Under the pieces are notes generated by a model. The model was given only the letters and a program-made list of their open reading frames with translations. It ran no database searches and was not told the origin of the DNA. Shown here piece after piece: positions 49,720-62,480 of a stretch of 64,000 nt of DNA (positions within the stretch are counted from its first letter, which is position 1; every line of letters begins with the position of its first letter). Source of the DNA: Zootoca vivipara (taxonomy: Eukaryota); assembly GCF_963506605.1 (NCBI RefSeq), contig NC_083288.1, forward strand, positions 26,970,001 through 27,034,000. Direction: 5' to 3'. The position numbers and the translations under genes were made by a program.

Positions 49720-50266
49720 TATAGTTATAGGTAAAAAGTTGGGACAGATGCCAAGAATAATATCAATTAGCATATGTTCTTACGCTATCAATATTATTCT
49801 TGCCATCTGTCCAACTTTTTACCTATAGCTATAAGCATAAGTTTAAAGAAGATTGGAAAATGTTTATTGAATATATGGAAAATAATAGTGTATAGCTGAA
49901 AACGCTGGCAGCGTTAAGATAAATTCAACAGTGTAAATAAGTTTTGATGGATGCAGTAATGGAATACTGATTGGTATAGCTTTCCTTAAAGTATGCAGGG
50001 GTTTAAGATATGTAAAATGAAGCATGGAAAAGAAAAAGGGCAGACGTTGATATCTTAAGGATGTAAAATGAGTATTTGAAATGGTAAAACAGAAAAATTA
50101 ATAAAAAATATAGTAATAATAACGGTAGGTATTTTCCCTTTTGCAATGTGCAACTCAACACACTCACACACCCTTCTAGACAATGCAGCAGTGTGGCACA
50201 GCAGTGTTAGATTGAACCTGTGCAACTGCAGCAACTTTTTAAAAAACCCTTAAAAAAAAACTTTAC

Positions 50267-50869
50267 CTTCCAGTAGTCGCCCAAATAGATTGTCTTCTGG
50301 ACGAGCAGGTGCTTGATGGCAAAGCACACCTCCAGAACGATCTCTCCCACCGTCGACCTCCCGACTCCAAACTGCGCGGCAACTTCGCGGTAGCACTTCA
50401 GATTAGAAAGCCACCACACGGCGATAGCGACCCGCTTCTCGACGGGGATGGCTTCCCGCATGATAGTTCTCTGCCTCTGGAGCTGGGGTCGGAGGACGTC
50501 CGCAATTTCGAAGAGGGTCCCTCGGCTCATCTGGAAGCTCTCGATCCACGTTTCGTCGTCCCGGGTCCCCAGCATGGAACGCTCCCACCAATGCTGCTTG
50601 GTGGGGCAGACCCACCAGCGCCGCAATTTCGGCCCGCTTTCCAACAAGGTGACGATAGGAACCATATGTCTGCAGCTCCTCCTCCTCTGAATGATGCGCC
50701 TGGTCCTCAAGATGTGGTTCTGAATCGCCCGCCCTATCAGCACTCTCCTTCTCTGCCGCCTTCTGATACTCATAAGATAGGCGTTACATCGGCTGATCGC
50801 TGAGTGGAGCACGGCAACCAATACCTCAAGGTGTAACTTCAGCAGCTGCAGCAACACATGAGGTTCCAT
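50267..50869 (-). CDS. HARBI1/ALP1-like gene, coding exon 1 (Arg-rich leader + HTH region)
   Basis: MEPHVLLQ...WWERSML..W.ESFQMSRGTLFEIADVL...IPVEKRVAIAVWWLS...YREVAAQFGVGRSTV. Acceptor cctttgcgcag lies just before the ATG. Donor AAG|gtaaag is phase 0. Spliced product is 437 aa. Confidence 0.88.
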
Positions 50870-51205
50870 GCTGCGCAAAGGAGTGGAACGGTGTTGGAAG
50901 TCACAGGAGCAACGTTGAACGGAGGAGGTTTTTGAGCAGAGGTTGGGTGACCTTCTGTCATGGATGCTTCAGCTGAGATTCCTGCATTGCAGCAGGTTAG
51001 AATAGAGGTGGATCTACACAAAGAGGAAAAAAAACCCCACTATAAATAAGTCAGAAATTAAATCATTATAACAAATGGAGTGAAAAAACCCGCAATGGAA
51101 AATCGTGAAGATAATTCTTTGCTCTCCAGCGCCATCTAGTGTTGCATGTTTATAACGCATTCAAAACACAGGTTTTTTTTTTTTAACTAATGTAGCTGAG
51201 TCCTA

Positions 51206-52740
51206 CCGTGTTTCCCCTTTTTTAAGACACCGTCTTATAACTTTTTTCCCTCAAAAAAACACACAGTGGCTTATTTTCAGGGGGTGTCTTTTTTTAAAAA
51301 AAGTGCTGGTACAACTGGGACCCACTGGCTCAGGACGCTCGGTGCTCTCTTCTGCGCGCTGCTGGGCGCGTTGTTGGCGCTGCCAGTTCCGAGCGCCTGC
51401 AGGGTGGGGTGGGGGTGGCAGTGCTTTAAACCCCCAACCCTGTAAAAAGCAATGGAAGTTATGGACCGTAACAATCCTTAAGAGGCGCAGGTCTTAAAAA
51501 AACCCTGGTATCACCCTTGAAGCACAGCCTTCCAAAGTCAGGGGGGAAGAGGTCTGTTTAGACAAAGGAAAGGATCGGGGGTGATTCTGCGCCCTGGGAC
51601 CCACAGAACTACTTTAAAAATCCCAACCTGGGGGGGGGTCAAATAGTGAAGCCCCATAGCCCTGTAGCAACAGAAGGCACATTCTGAAGCACCCAAGCTG
51701 TTCGGTTCCATAAAAAATCCAGGAATTGTAAAATTAACAACAATAATGGGGGGGGCACTCTATCCAAAGAGTTAAGAAGGAATGGGAAAGTGTTGAGTTA
51801 TATATGGAAAAATATGGAAAGGAAAGTTAGTTAAAGATAAAAAATAAATAATTATCGCAAGGGAAAAAATAACATCATAAAGGGTAATAATATTAAATAT
51901 AAAATAGACAACACAACAGAAAAAGCAAGTATATGACTAAATGAGATCGCACAGGAGTGAGGGAAGTGGGGAGAGAGGGAGGGGGTAAGGAATGGAAGGA
52001 GGCAATGGTTGGAGGAGGGTATAGGGGGATGAATTAAAGGAAAATTAAGACTGAGAAACGCATGGTTTTTGTTTTTTAAAGATGCAAAGGCTTGCAATCA
52101 GCCAAAGTATAGAGCCCAATTTCCAGGAGACTGCGATCTACTTGCGGATTTATAAACTGGAGGGGATCTACCCCCGTTTTATTGGTGTTCAGGTCAGAGT
52201 TGTTTTTAGAGAGAGGAAATATCCCATTTTTGAGGTTAAAGTAAAAGTTCCTGACCTTTTTTTTATAATGAGGAAATGCTGCTAAAACTCCGTTCTTCAT
52301 TCCACGAAGGGGAGAGAGGGCGGGGCCGGGTGCTCAAAGACAAAAGAAATAGAAAAGGAGATAGCGATCAAATGCAGCCTCCTGGGGATCGATGCAGCCG
52401 CCGGGAGAGGCAGGGGCTGCAGCCGAGTGCTGCTTCGCAAACAAACGGGGGAAAGTGCTTAGAACCCAGAGAATCCAGCTGAAAAACACGAAGCAGCAAC
52501 AGCAATTGCACACACACCATCCCAAGCCAGCACAGTAACCAAGTCCCAAAAGCAAGAAAGGACTCAGCAAACACTGCTGCGGCCGGCGTTGCTGCTGCTG
52601 ACTCGGGGAGCTCAGTGCTCTCTTCCACACAGCGCCTATCACTATGGCTTATTTTCGGGGTACGGTTTATATTTCTCAAATGCTTAGAAATGCTGCTATG
52701 GCTTATTTTATGACTACGCCTTAAAAAGGGGGAAACACGG
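51206..52740. mobile_element. 1.5-kb Tc1/mariner-type non-autonomous element with heterogeneous interior
   Basis: TIR ccgtgtttccccttttttaag / cttaaaaagggggaaacacgg. TA flanks. Confidence 0.7.
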
Positions 52741-53840
52741 TAGATGACCCAACTCTACAATTCTGTGAGTCTAAGAATTGCACACTTCTGCCCTAAAACA
52801 CAACAAATTACGGTATGGGGGCAATGGTATATCAAAGTGAAACCTGGCTACTTCTTATCCTACTGTGCCCACTGGTGTGGACAGCATATGGTAAAATGTT
52901 AGCAAAAACACATTATAAAGGTCAAAACAAAATAATAATAATAAAAATAAAAATTCCTTCCAGTAGCACCTTAGAGACCAAATAAGTTTGTCATAGGTAT
53001 GAGTTATAAAGGAGCACACTGGTCTGTCTTAATGCCAAGTTCCACAAACCACAACTTGCCTCATAGATGATCAAACAAACCAGAGTTTGCTTCTCCACAA
53101 TTTGGTTTATTTTCCAGCTACTCTTGCCCCATCCCTTTGTTTTCTTAAAATAAAAATAAAAATGTTATTCCTTGTTTACATTTTTGAATTACAACCAAAA
53201 ACAACAAAAACAAAACAAGCATCAAGTCACAATTAAAACAAGCCAAGATTTATAAGCCAACAAGCTGTGGCTTCAGATGGTGGTTTGATGGCAATAAAGA
53301 AACCATAGTTAAGCCATAGGACATGGTTCACATTTAATGCTACACCATCATGTAATAAACCACAGTTCCACAAACCAAGGTTTAATGTTATGTGTGAACC
53401 AGACTGATGCCTTCTACACACTGATGACAAGGAGAATGAGGCCTTGTGTAGCACTGTCTCCTCCAGATGTTGTTGGACTCCCATAACCCCTGACCACTGG
53501 GCATGCTGGCTGGGAGTGATGAGAACCGTAGCCTAGCAACATCAAGTTAGCTGCATTTGCGGAAGGGGCTTACAGTCTAACGGTTCCTGCGGACAATTGA
53601 CTTCTTGAGCATCCCTCCTGATTTGCTTCACCCTGCGGCTAACTATTTACTGTGCTTTCCTTTGGATTTACTTATGGGGCACTCACACAACAAAGAGCAT
53701 TCATCCTGATTTACTCCTGGTGTGTTTACATGCCCTCCCATTCATCATTTGCTCATCCCACACTTCTCGGTGCATAACACTGTCACTTCCCTAACCGCAG
53801 CAGATCCATTTTTATTTATTTTTAAGCAGAGTTAAAAAAT

Positions 53841-54143
53841 ATTCTGAAGGAAATCAGCCCTGAGTGCTCACTGGAAGGACAGATCCTGAAGCTGAGGCTC
53901 CAATACTTTGGCCACCTCATGAGAAGAGAAGACTCCCTGGAAAAGACCCTGATGTTGGGAAAGATGGAGGGCACAAGGAGAAGGGGACGACAGAAGATGA
54001 GATGGTTGGATAGTGTTCTTGAAGCTACGAACGTGAGTCTGACCAAACTGCGGGAGGCAGTGGAAGACAGGAGTGCCTGGTGTGCTCTGGTCCATGGGGT
54101 CGCAAAGAGTCGGACACGACTAAACAACTAAACAACAACAACA
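53841..54143 (+). mobile_element. BovB (RTE LINE) 3' fragment
   Basis: MRREDSLEKTLMLGKMEGTRRRGRQKMRWLDSV...VHGVAKSRTRL followed by a (CAA)n tail. Confidence 0.9.
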
Positions 54144-55199
54144 AAGCGGAGTTTCTTGCACCAGGACGACAGCGTACCTAAATTTATGCAGGAAGACATT
54201 TTACGACACACAAAGAGTCTGGAGGCTCCTAAATGCAGGCACGGGCAAACAGAGGAAATGGAAGTCAGCAAGTTGGTTATAAGAAGCAGGAAGAGGAAGA
54301 TCGCGCGATTATTTCCACTATGCCTACTTTTTGGCTCAGTTACAACATATAGGGAATAGGGGATGGAGCAAAGATTCCAGAAGGAACAGGAAGCGGGAAG
54401 ATTCCCCTTCCTTTTTCTCCAGGAGTGTGTCAAAGCCGGGGATAGGTAGGCTACAATCTCCCTTAGTGCTGGCAGGACCTTGTTGTTGTTGTTGTTTAAA
54501 CGGACCTTAGGCCGTTTAAAGAGCTACCAGGGGAAAGGTGGGGAATTGGTTCTGTCCCCAGAGAGGGACTCCTCAGTCCCTGCAATCCTGTGATCAAGAA
54601 GCTATACCAAGTTCCAGTACTGTGTGCGCATGGGCATCGTTGGGGGTGGGGGTCAACTGCTCCTCCCTAAATCAAGTAAATAAATAAAAGTGCTTAACTG
54701 ACCAATTGCATTGCAGATAACTTGGTCCCGCCCTTCGCCCAAAATAAACCCTGCCCACCCTCCACCCCCTTAAATAAATCCTGGCTACGCCAATGTGTTT
54801 GTGTTTGTGGGGGGGGGGAGTAAGAAAAATTAAAAAAAACCAGGGTTCTGGCTCTTTGGATTAGCGCTGCCCGGGGGGACCAGGCGCCCTTTCCCGCTGC
54901 TGCGCAGCAACTTTCTTCCCAGTTCAGTGGCAACCGCGGCTTGACCTTCCCACTCTCCTCCATCCTAATAAATTGGAAGGGGGGCGGGAGAGATCGAGAT
55001 CAGACCCCACTTCCCCACCACACACTCACTGTTAGGCTTGGATGGAGGCAGGCAGCTGCCTGACCCCCCCCCTTGCTCCTCCTCCAAATCTGCATTGCTC
55101 TTCCGCCTGCGTCTGCAACGCTTGCAAAAGTTATTTCTTTTTTAATGCATTGGGTAAGGATCGCTTGAAGGGATCCGGCACGCCCCCTCCCCACTTCTC

Positions 55200-55720
55200 T
55201 CATCCCCCAATATCTGGATCCATTTCTCTTTTGGACAGCAGGCAGGCACCCCTTTACCCCGCCCCAGCTCGATAAACGGGATGGCGACAACCCCCCCCCC
55301 CAAAAAAAACAACAACCCGGACAGACGCATCACAGCGGATCCCGTTCAACGCCCCAGAGTGCCGCGGCGAAGGGCGGGTCTTCCGGAGGACCTTTGAAAT
55401 TTGGGCACTTCTCTAACCAAGGCTCGCCTTCGCCTAACCCCGCCGAAGGATTCGCGGGTTCTAGGAGATCCAGGGATTCCCCCCTTTCCTTACCTGCTTT
55501 CCGAGGGAAGTGCGCAAGCGCGATCCCTCCTCCTTCTCCCGAAAGGCGCCGCTTTGCGATCTGCGTGCTTTGCTCAATGAAGGCGTGGGGTGGGGATTCC
55601 TCCGTATGCTCTCCTGCTTAGGGTCGCTGCCGGGGTTCCTTTTTCATTTTCGGTCACCCTCGTACCCTAATTGGATTGCGATCTTCTGAACCGCTTGCCA
55701 ACCTAATCTCATCAAGAGAT
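55200..55720 (-). promoter_or_regulatory. CpG island with probable non-coding first exon of the HARBI1-like gene
   Basis: CpG-dense stretch. Consensus minus-strand donor CAG|GTAAGG with the exon ending at 55494. CCAAT near 55670. The downstream coding exon begins with an acceptor. Confidence 0.55.
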
Positions 55721-56699
55721 GTAAACATGATCTAGGCCAGCGATTATTATTATTATTTTTAATTTTTGCAATGCAGATCCTTCGTTCTGGACCAAGCCCT
55801 CTTCAAATGGGGAAGCAAACTGAGAAGGCATTTAGCCGGGACAGGCAGCCTGGTCCACCTAGGCGGGTAGCCTACCTGGTGGTGGTTGTTTTTACCTTGC
55901 TTCACCATTTACTTGTCTGTTACCGGTAGGTTGTTTCAGGTGAACAGAAAACAACAGAAATATTTGAGAAAGTTAACTTTCGGTTTATCTCCCCCCCATT
56001 TTTATTTTAATCAAGAGATTTCACACATGTACAAAAACATATTTGGTACACTTTGACTTGTGAATCTGTGCTGACGAAGAATAGTCGAAACAGGGCCTTG
56101 TCCTGATTTTTACTGAAATTTACCTTTATTTGCCTTCAACATTGGGATTGATTCCCATTTAAACTCCGCATCATATCAATAAAACCTAGTGAAGACTTAT
56201 TCGAAATCCATCTTCTTTTGGCCTGAGTTCTTGCAATTTATCGTTTATTTTTGTTACAAGGGCAGCCTTGCCATTTTTATTTTCTGCTCCCCGGCTCTCA
56301 ACGGGCCCCGCGCGGTGCGCTGCTGCCGGCTCTCACCGGGTCGGGGCTCGGCGCAGCATGCTGTTGCCAGCTCCCGCTCGAAAAAATAAGACATCCCCCG
56401 AAAATAAGCCGTGGTGTGTTTTTTTGGAGGAAAAATAAATATAAGACATGTCTTATTTTAGGAGAAACACGGTAGTTCCACAATCTGGGAGCAGCCAACA
56501 AGAAGGCCCTCTCTTATCTTCACCAAAAGTACCTGTGAATGAGATGGGTCTGAGAGACAGGCTTCCCTGGAATATCTCGAAGCCGAGCAGAATCATATAG
56601 AGAGAGGTGGTCATTCAGATAGCCTGAACTCAAGCTGTATAGGGCTTTGTTAGGTCATAACCAAAGCTTTGAATGGTGCCTGGAAACAGATTGGTAGCC

Positions 56700-57216
56700 T
56701 GTAGGGTTTTCTGTTCTCCCTTATGGTACTCAATTGAGCATCAAGTTCCTGTGGGATGTAAACAGATGCAGTCAAGTCACAACAGTTCCTAGACCTAGAG
56801 TGTCCACATGGAGGAACACCTGACCAGGTCAGTTTCCTGTTCTTCCACACATGCAAATGAGATGGGAAAGGTGCCAGATAAATTCGCTGGTCAGTAGCCA
56901 TTTTCCCTCTCTTGGACCACACACTTTGAGCAAGCAACATCTTAGTGAGGAGAGAGAGGAAATGGATGTATATACTACTTTTATCTAAGCTAGTCTACCT
57001 CTTGAGTTGTGCTGTATCTCAGGAAGCTTGTAAATAAACTCTTTTTATACTTTTAAAAGAGCACTGTGTCATGTTTTTTCTTTTAAGAGGGATAAAGGGG
57101 GAAATTACCAGGAAATACATACTTTATTCTAGAGGTTTAATGAAACCTGTGCAACCGTTTTCTGCTGTGCATTGAAAGGGAATGTTACTCTGCTAAGTTT
57201 GGAGCTTGCTAACACA
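56700..57216 (+). mobile_element. Possible solo LTR inserted in an L2 fragment
   Basis: Starts TG, ends CA, with an internal TATA-like motif and AATAAA (~57033). Interrupts L2-like sequence. Imperfect 4-bp TSD agcc/agct. Confidence 0.35.
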
Positions 57217-58655
57217 AGCTGGGAGAGGATATATTTAATAATATTTCCTCACCCACATTCCTGAACATTCCCACAGTTCCTTGCAGGAAACGGGACTGGT
57301 TGGAGTCATGGCAATGTGGGATGAGTTCAAGGGTGCTGGATTAGCTGTATGTTTAGGACTAGTTGGCCCTATGGGAGGGGGGGGCAACAGTTTCCTCTTC
57401 CCTCTCTTGGAAGCTCCAAACAAGGGTCTCTGATTATGAACATCAGGATCTATTTTTGGATTACAGCAATGCTAGGCGAAAAGGCCAGGAAAGTGTGGAG
57501 TATTTGCTGTGTTATGAAATATCCATCCATAATGTTTGTAAGGTGGAACCTTGAAGTTCTGAAAATTATGTGTGTGTACGTTGAAGGAGGATTGCTTTTA
57601 ACACCCAGACTTAAGTTGATACTGATCTATTGGAAGGGGTGGGGTAGGAAAAATTAGCTTGCATTGTTCTTTTGGGAGATTTGTTTTGATTATTCGTTTC
57701 CTGCTTTCTTTGCTTTTTAAAATCATACCCTTCAAGTAAGGTGCATGACAACTACCCAAATTAACTATTTTAAAAGCTCCCTCATTAACTATAAGAGCAA
57801 ACTTTTTCGGAAGAGAGGCATTCCTTCCCTTTCAAAAGATATGCAGCCCACTCCTAAGTGGATTTTTGTGTTGGCATCTCGGGAGACAATTGAATTGTGT
57901 GCCTTCCGGGATAAAGTCAAACCACTGGAGAGTTACAGCACCAGCTGTGGCTTTGGAGACCAATATGGGAGAGACTACAGGTGCACCATTGCATTTCTTT
58001 TCTCTGCACACTTCAGCGCATTTACTCACAAATAAACTCAGTGGGAATTACTACTCCCTGGTGTGTTGTGTGAATTGCAGCGCAGGGGCTCCTGTGGTGT
58101 GTGAAAAAGAGTCAGCCTTATGTTTGGGGCCTCCAGAGCTTTTGGATCCAATTTCTTCCAGTCTAAAACCCTCCAGGTATAGTTGGACTTTAGGAGATAT
58201 TCATATTTATACTCAATAGGGTAGGTTGCTTTCCTGGGGGAACGGTGTTGTTCTGAAGCACTATAGTCTGAGTAACAGTAAACAAGGGATGTCCACGAGG
58301 GTCTTGGAAAGGTATAATATTTTTCCATTGTGGACGAGGGGATTGGTACACCTAAAAGATTGTCTCACTTATCTACACGCCGAATCAAAACCACTGCTTT
58401 CTGCAGGAGAAGGCATCCTTCAGGTACTGCCTGATCATTCTCCACAATACCAGAATTGAGCCTTTGCCATTGGAGCATCTACTCCTTGGAACTCCCATTA
58501 AACATCAGAGGCACCATCACTCTTGTTTTCTCGGCACCTGCCAAATATGTTCTTCTTTCAACAAGTCTACTAAATTAAGGTATCTGTCCTTGTTGGTATC
58601 TATATTGGATATAATTGATTTTACATATGTCCTGTTGCTGTTTTAAATACCTATC

Positions 58656-58688
<33 letters not shown>

Positions 58689-59222
58689 CATCCACACACA
58701 CCATATTTTATATTTGCATTATTTTATATATGTTTTTATTACATTGTAAATTACTTTGGGATGCCTCATGGGATGCAATTCATAGGTGAGACATTATTAT
58801 TATTATTATTATTATTATTAATCTTCTGAAAGCGTTGAGGAAATAATTCATCTGGCCTCCAGTCTCTGCTTCTTAGTCTTGAATGTTTGAGAACTGGGTG
58901 TGGTTTGTTAGAGGTGGAAAGACAAGCTGTATCACTCAGAGGCACTGTCATCACTTCCCAAATGCTATAGAGTCCTGGCATTGAAAGCAGAGTAAACAAC
59001 TCTCTTTTGAAGAAAAGAGATGAACTCATTTCAGTCCCAGGTACCATGGGCAATATCTACTTTCCTGTCTCTTGTGATTGGTGGGATCTCGCCACCTGCA
59101 CGATGAGGCACCCCATCCTATGTTTATGCACTATGTTTGTCTTCAATGACTGTGCCCATCGCTTTCAGCAGGGGGGGAGCACAGCAGTGCACAGCCTTTA
59201 TTAACCATCGCTTCTAATACTA

Positions 59223-59492
59223 GGACACGGGTGGCGCTGTGGTCTAAACCACTGAGCCTCTTGGGCTTGCCGATCAGAAGGTCGGCGGTTTGAACCCCTG
59301 CGACAGGGTGAGCTCCCGTTGGTTGGTCCCAGCTCCTGCCAACCTAGCAGTTCGAAGGCATGCCAGTGCAAGTAGATAAATAGGTACCGCTGAGGCTGGA
59401 AGGTAAACGGCGTTTCCGTGCACTCTGGTTTCCGTCACGGTATCCCATTGTGCCAGAAGTGGTTTAGTCCTGCTGGCCTCATGACCCGGAAA
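59223..59492 (+). mobile_element. Sauria SINE, 3'-truncated
   Basis: ggacacgggtggcgctgtggtctaaacc...atgacccggaaagc. Confidence 0.85.
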
Positions 59493-59804
59493 GCGCCACG
59501 TAAAAGAAATGTTCCTCTTCCCCTCCCACCCCCAACCCACGGTTTTTTCCAATCATATCTGAGAATGGAAGTACAACTGGGTTTTATGTAATTGACACAC
59601 AGATCCAAATAAAATTTCTGGACCTTTGGTTAAACAGATTGACCTGTCCTATACTATTTGTGTGGTAATAATGATCCTCGCAAACATCTTTCAAGTTACA
59701 GGGAAATGCAGTGAAAGTCTGATGCATACATGAACTCCATGACCTTCCATTCGCCAGCCTCCCATCTTCATAGATTTTATTTTCTGTTCTAGATTAGCCT
59801 ACTT

Positions 59805-60711
59805 ATGACGCAGGTAGAATCTATCAATGGCACATCTGTGTCTGAGTTTGAGCTTGATGGGTTCCTCAACTTGGGCGACTATGGCATACTTCTCTTTGCC
59901 ATCTTCTTAGTGATCTACCTGCTCATCCTCAGTGCCAATGCTCTCACCTTCAGCCTCATCTCTGCCACTCCTCGCCTTCACGTCCCCATGTATTTCTTCA
60001 TTGCTGTGCTGGCCACCTGGGAGGTGTTCTATACCACCGTTACCATGCCCAGGGTGCTGGTGGACCTTCTGAGGAGCAAGAAGTCCATTTCCTTCAGCAA
60101 ATCTATTTCTTCCACAGCGTGGGGATCTCAGAGGCCTGCTTGCTCGCAGTGATGGCTTACGACCGGTACTTAGCCATCTGCGCCCCGTTAAACTATATGA
60201 CCAAGATGACGCCCCAACTTTGCATTCAGCTCGTGCTGGGGTGCTGTGTGTGTGGTTTTGCATGTCCTTTGCCGGAGATTGTTCTGACTTCCAGGTTGCC
60301 CTTCTGTGGGCCTAGTCATATAGATCATATATTCTGTGACTTCCCTCAGGTGATCAGTCTCGCTTGCACAGACATATCGACCAACATCATGTTGGATTTC
60401 GCCCTCCACACCATCGCCATCCTGGCCCTCATCTTTCTCATCCTCCTCTCATACATGAAGATACTGAAAGTCATTGTTAAGATCTTTTTTCCACTTGCGC
60501 CTCCCACCTCATTGTGGTCCTTACTTTTTTTGGAACTACTGGCTTCATGTACATGCACTTGACATGGATGGGATCGGGACGTTATGACAAGATCGTTGCA
60601 GTCATCTATGCCTTTTTTATCCCTCTTTTCAACCCCATCATCTATACTCTGAGAAACAAAGAAATCAGGGATGTGATCAGAAAGATCGTTGGTTTCCCTG
60701 CTTTGGCATGA
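59805..60711 (+). pseudogene. Olfactory receptor pseudogene (OR6-like)
   Basis: OR motifs (NGT, LHVPMYFF, MAYDRYLAICAPLNY, FSTCASHL, PLFNPIIYTLRNKEI) are split over three frames. Frameshifting deletions lie near 60098 (loses the 'GCxxQ' segment) and near 60485 (loses 'GRxKA'). Confidence 0.9.
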
Positions 60712-62030
60712 GTCGGCAACATATGAGGTGGTTTCTGAACTTCTTGAGACTTCAGGAAGTCATTCCATGATCAAAAGTCCTGCTCACCCAGTGATTGTTG
60801 CTGCAATTATGATTTTTGAAAAAAAATAAAAAATGAACGTCTAACAAAATATATTTCCACAGTTTCACTTGTAAGGAAAAGGGAGATAGATTCAAATAAG
60901 AAGAAACAGAATTCAAACTTTCTTATCTCCCTTTGGAGTTTTGCATGTAACTTGTATGTCATATCTAGATTTACATATGCATACATTTGCGAACATCAGC
61001 ATGTAATGTTGCACCTCAGCATGCATGATCCACGATTGTGGAGCTCTTAATACTCCTTTATACCAATTTAAATGTAACACCATTCCTACAAAGAAACATG
61101 GTATTCTATGACAGTGTATGCATTAGCAGCTTGAAATGCAGTCTGGATCCAAGCTTGCTGTGGGGGGGGGAAAGGGGGGATTCCTCAAAATGCAGCACTT
61201 CATAAGGGAAGCATCAATACGCTATTAGTCAGAAGACAGTGTGTTGTTAGAACACTACATGCAATGTGTATACAAGCAGACACTAAATCCCAATGCACTC
61301 AAGAGCATATGCATACCAGTATATATGCACGCTCACACCCTGGAGTTAGCAGATGAGAAATAAACATTTAATCAGTGGTTCCCAAACCTTTTCGGGCCAC
61401 AAACATTTGGTTCCATAATCTCATCCCCAGTGCCTTCTAATCTATAAAAAGCATTGTTCAGAACAGCAGTCTGCACCACCCACTAAGGAAGATAATAGCA
61501 CAATACGATTCAAAATGGTAGCAATTAATTTCACATTTGTTCAAAATCCAATTAAAATATTTAGTTCAACTGATTAAACACATTTGATGGACTCAATCCA
61601 GTGATACCAGCTTTTCAAAGTCTGATAGTCATTTACACCTCCAATATCACCCCACTTGTCTCTTAGCACCCACTGTGTAATCCCATCACCACAACCCGGG
61701 GTGGTTAACTGCCCACTTTGAGAACCACGTCACAGAGCTTTCCGAACCGTGTGTCGTGACACGTTCATGTGTCAGCTGCAGTGTGTAGGTGTGTCGTGTG
61801 AATGCTCCCGGTGCTCCTCTCGGGACTGGAAAGGGGTTCGTTTAATCTCTGGTTTGCTTGTAAAACTGAATTACTGTGTCACAAAATGATGCATGTCTAA
61901 AAAGTGTGTCACCGAAAGCTGTGCCGTAGCATTAGATTATCCCTCCTTTCCCAGGCAGAAGCCAAGTAGCTCAACACTATAGTTGTTCCTAGGTTGCCAC
62001 GAGGGCAGTTAAAGAGACAATTGCCCCTTT

Positions 62031-62207
62031 TCACAGCTTCAGTTGCCTCTCTGCAATGGTGCTGAAGATCTGCGGAGTCAAGGGCATGTAACATTCTTCA
62101 GAGTCATCGAGGAAGAAGAGGGGGTCACTGATGACAGCAGGGTCAAATCCTTCCTTTACCAGCTGGCTTTTGATCTGTTTGAAAGTGCCCGTGATCTCCA
62201 GGGTGCC
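62031..62207 (-). CDS. Last coding exon of an SLC27A (FATP / very-long-chain acyl-CoA synthetase, SLC27A2/5-like) gene
   Basis: cag| then GTLEITGTFKQIKSQLVKEGFDPAVISDPLFFLDDSEECYMPLTPQIFSTIAERQLKL*, matching the FATP C-terminus. Earlier exons are not visible in the window, and the paralog cannot be fixed from one exon. Confidence 0.88.
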   Translation of the reverse strand, partial: GTLEITGTFKQIKSQLVKEGFDPAVISDPLFFLDDSEECYMPLTPQIFSTIAERQLKL

Positions 62208-62480
62208 CTGCATGGGAAAGAGCACTGTGGTGAGTAGAGAACGACAAACGGCACCCCGCTCCATGACATTCCTAGAGCAGGCCAAGGGGGGTCAGTGTTT
62301 TGAGCAGTGGCAGGTGAAGATCTACAAGAACAGGCTCTGAGCTCTGCTGGGGAAGCTGGCACCCTAAGCATCTCATTGGAGATAAAGAGAGGGGATTTCA
62401 CTCTAGTCATTTACACCTGGTTGCTGAAGGCCAAACCACATGGATCTGTGACTCGGGGCTCATCCAGACTTCCTTTTGTG

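Noticed and set aside
50900-57000. Searched for a Myb/SANT partner ORF and Harbinger TIRs near the HARBI1-like gene
   Set aside because: No trihelix/Myb W-rich motif in the ORF track and no convincing paired TIRs. Short exons could have been missed.
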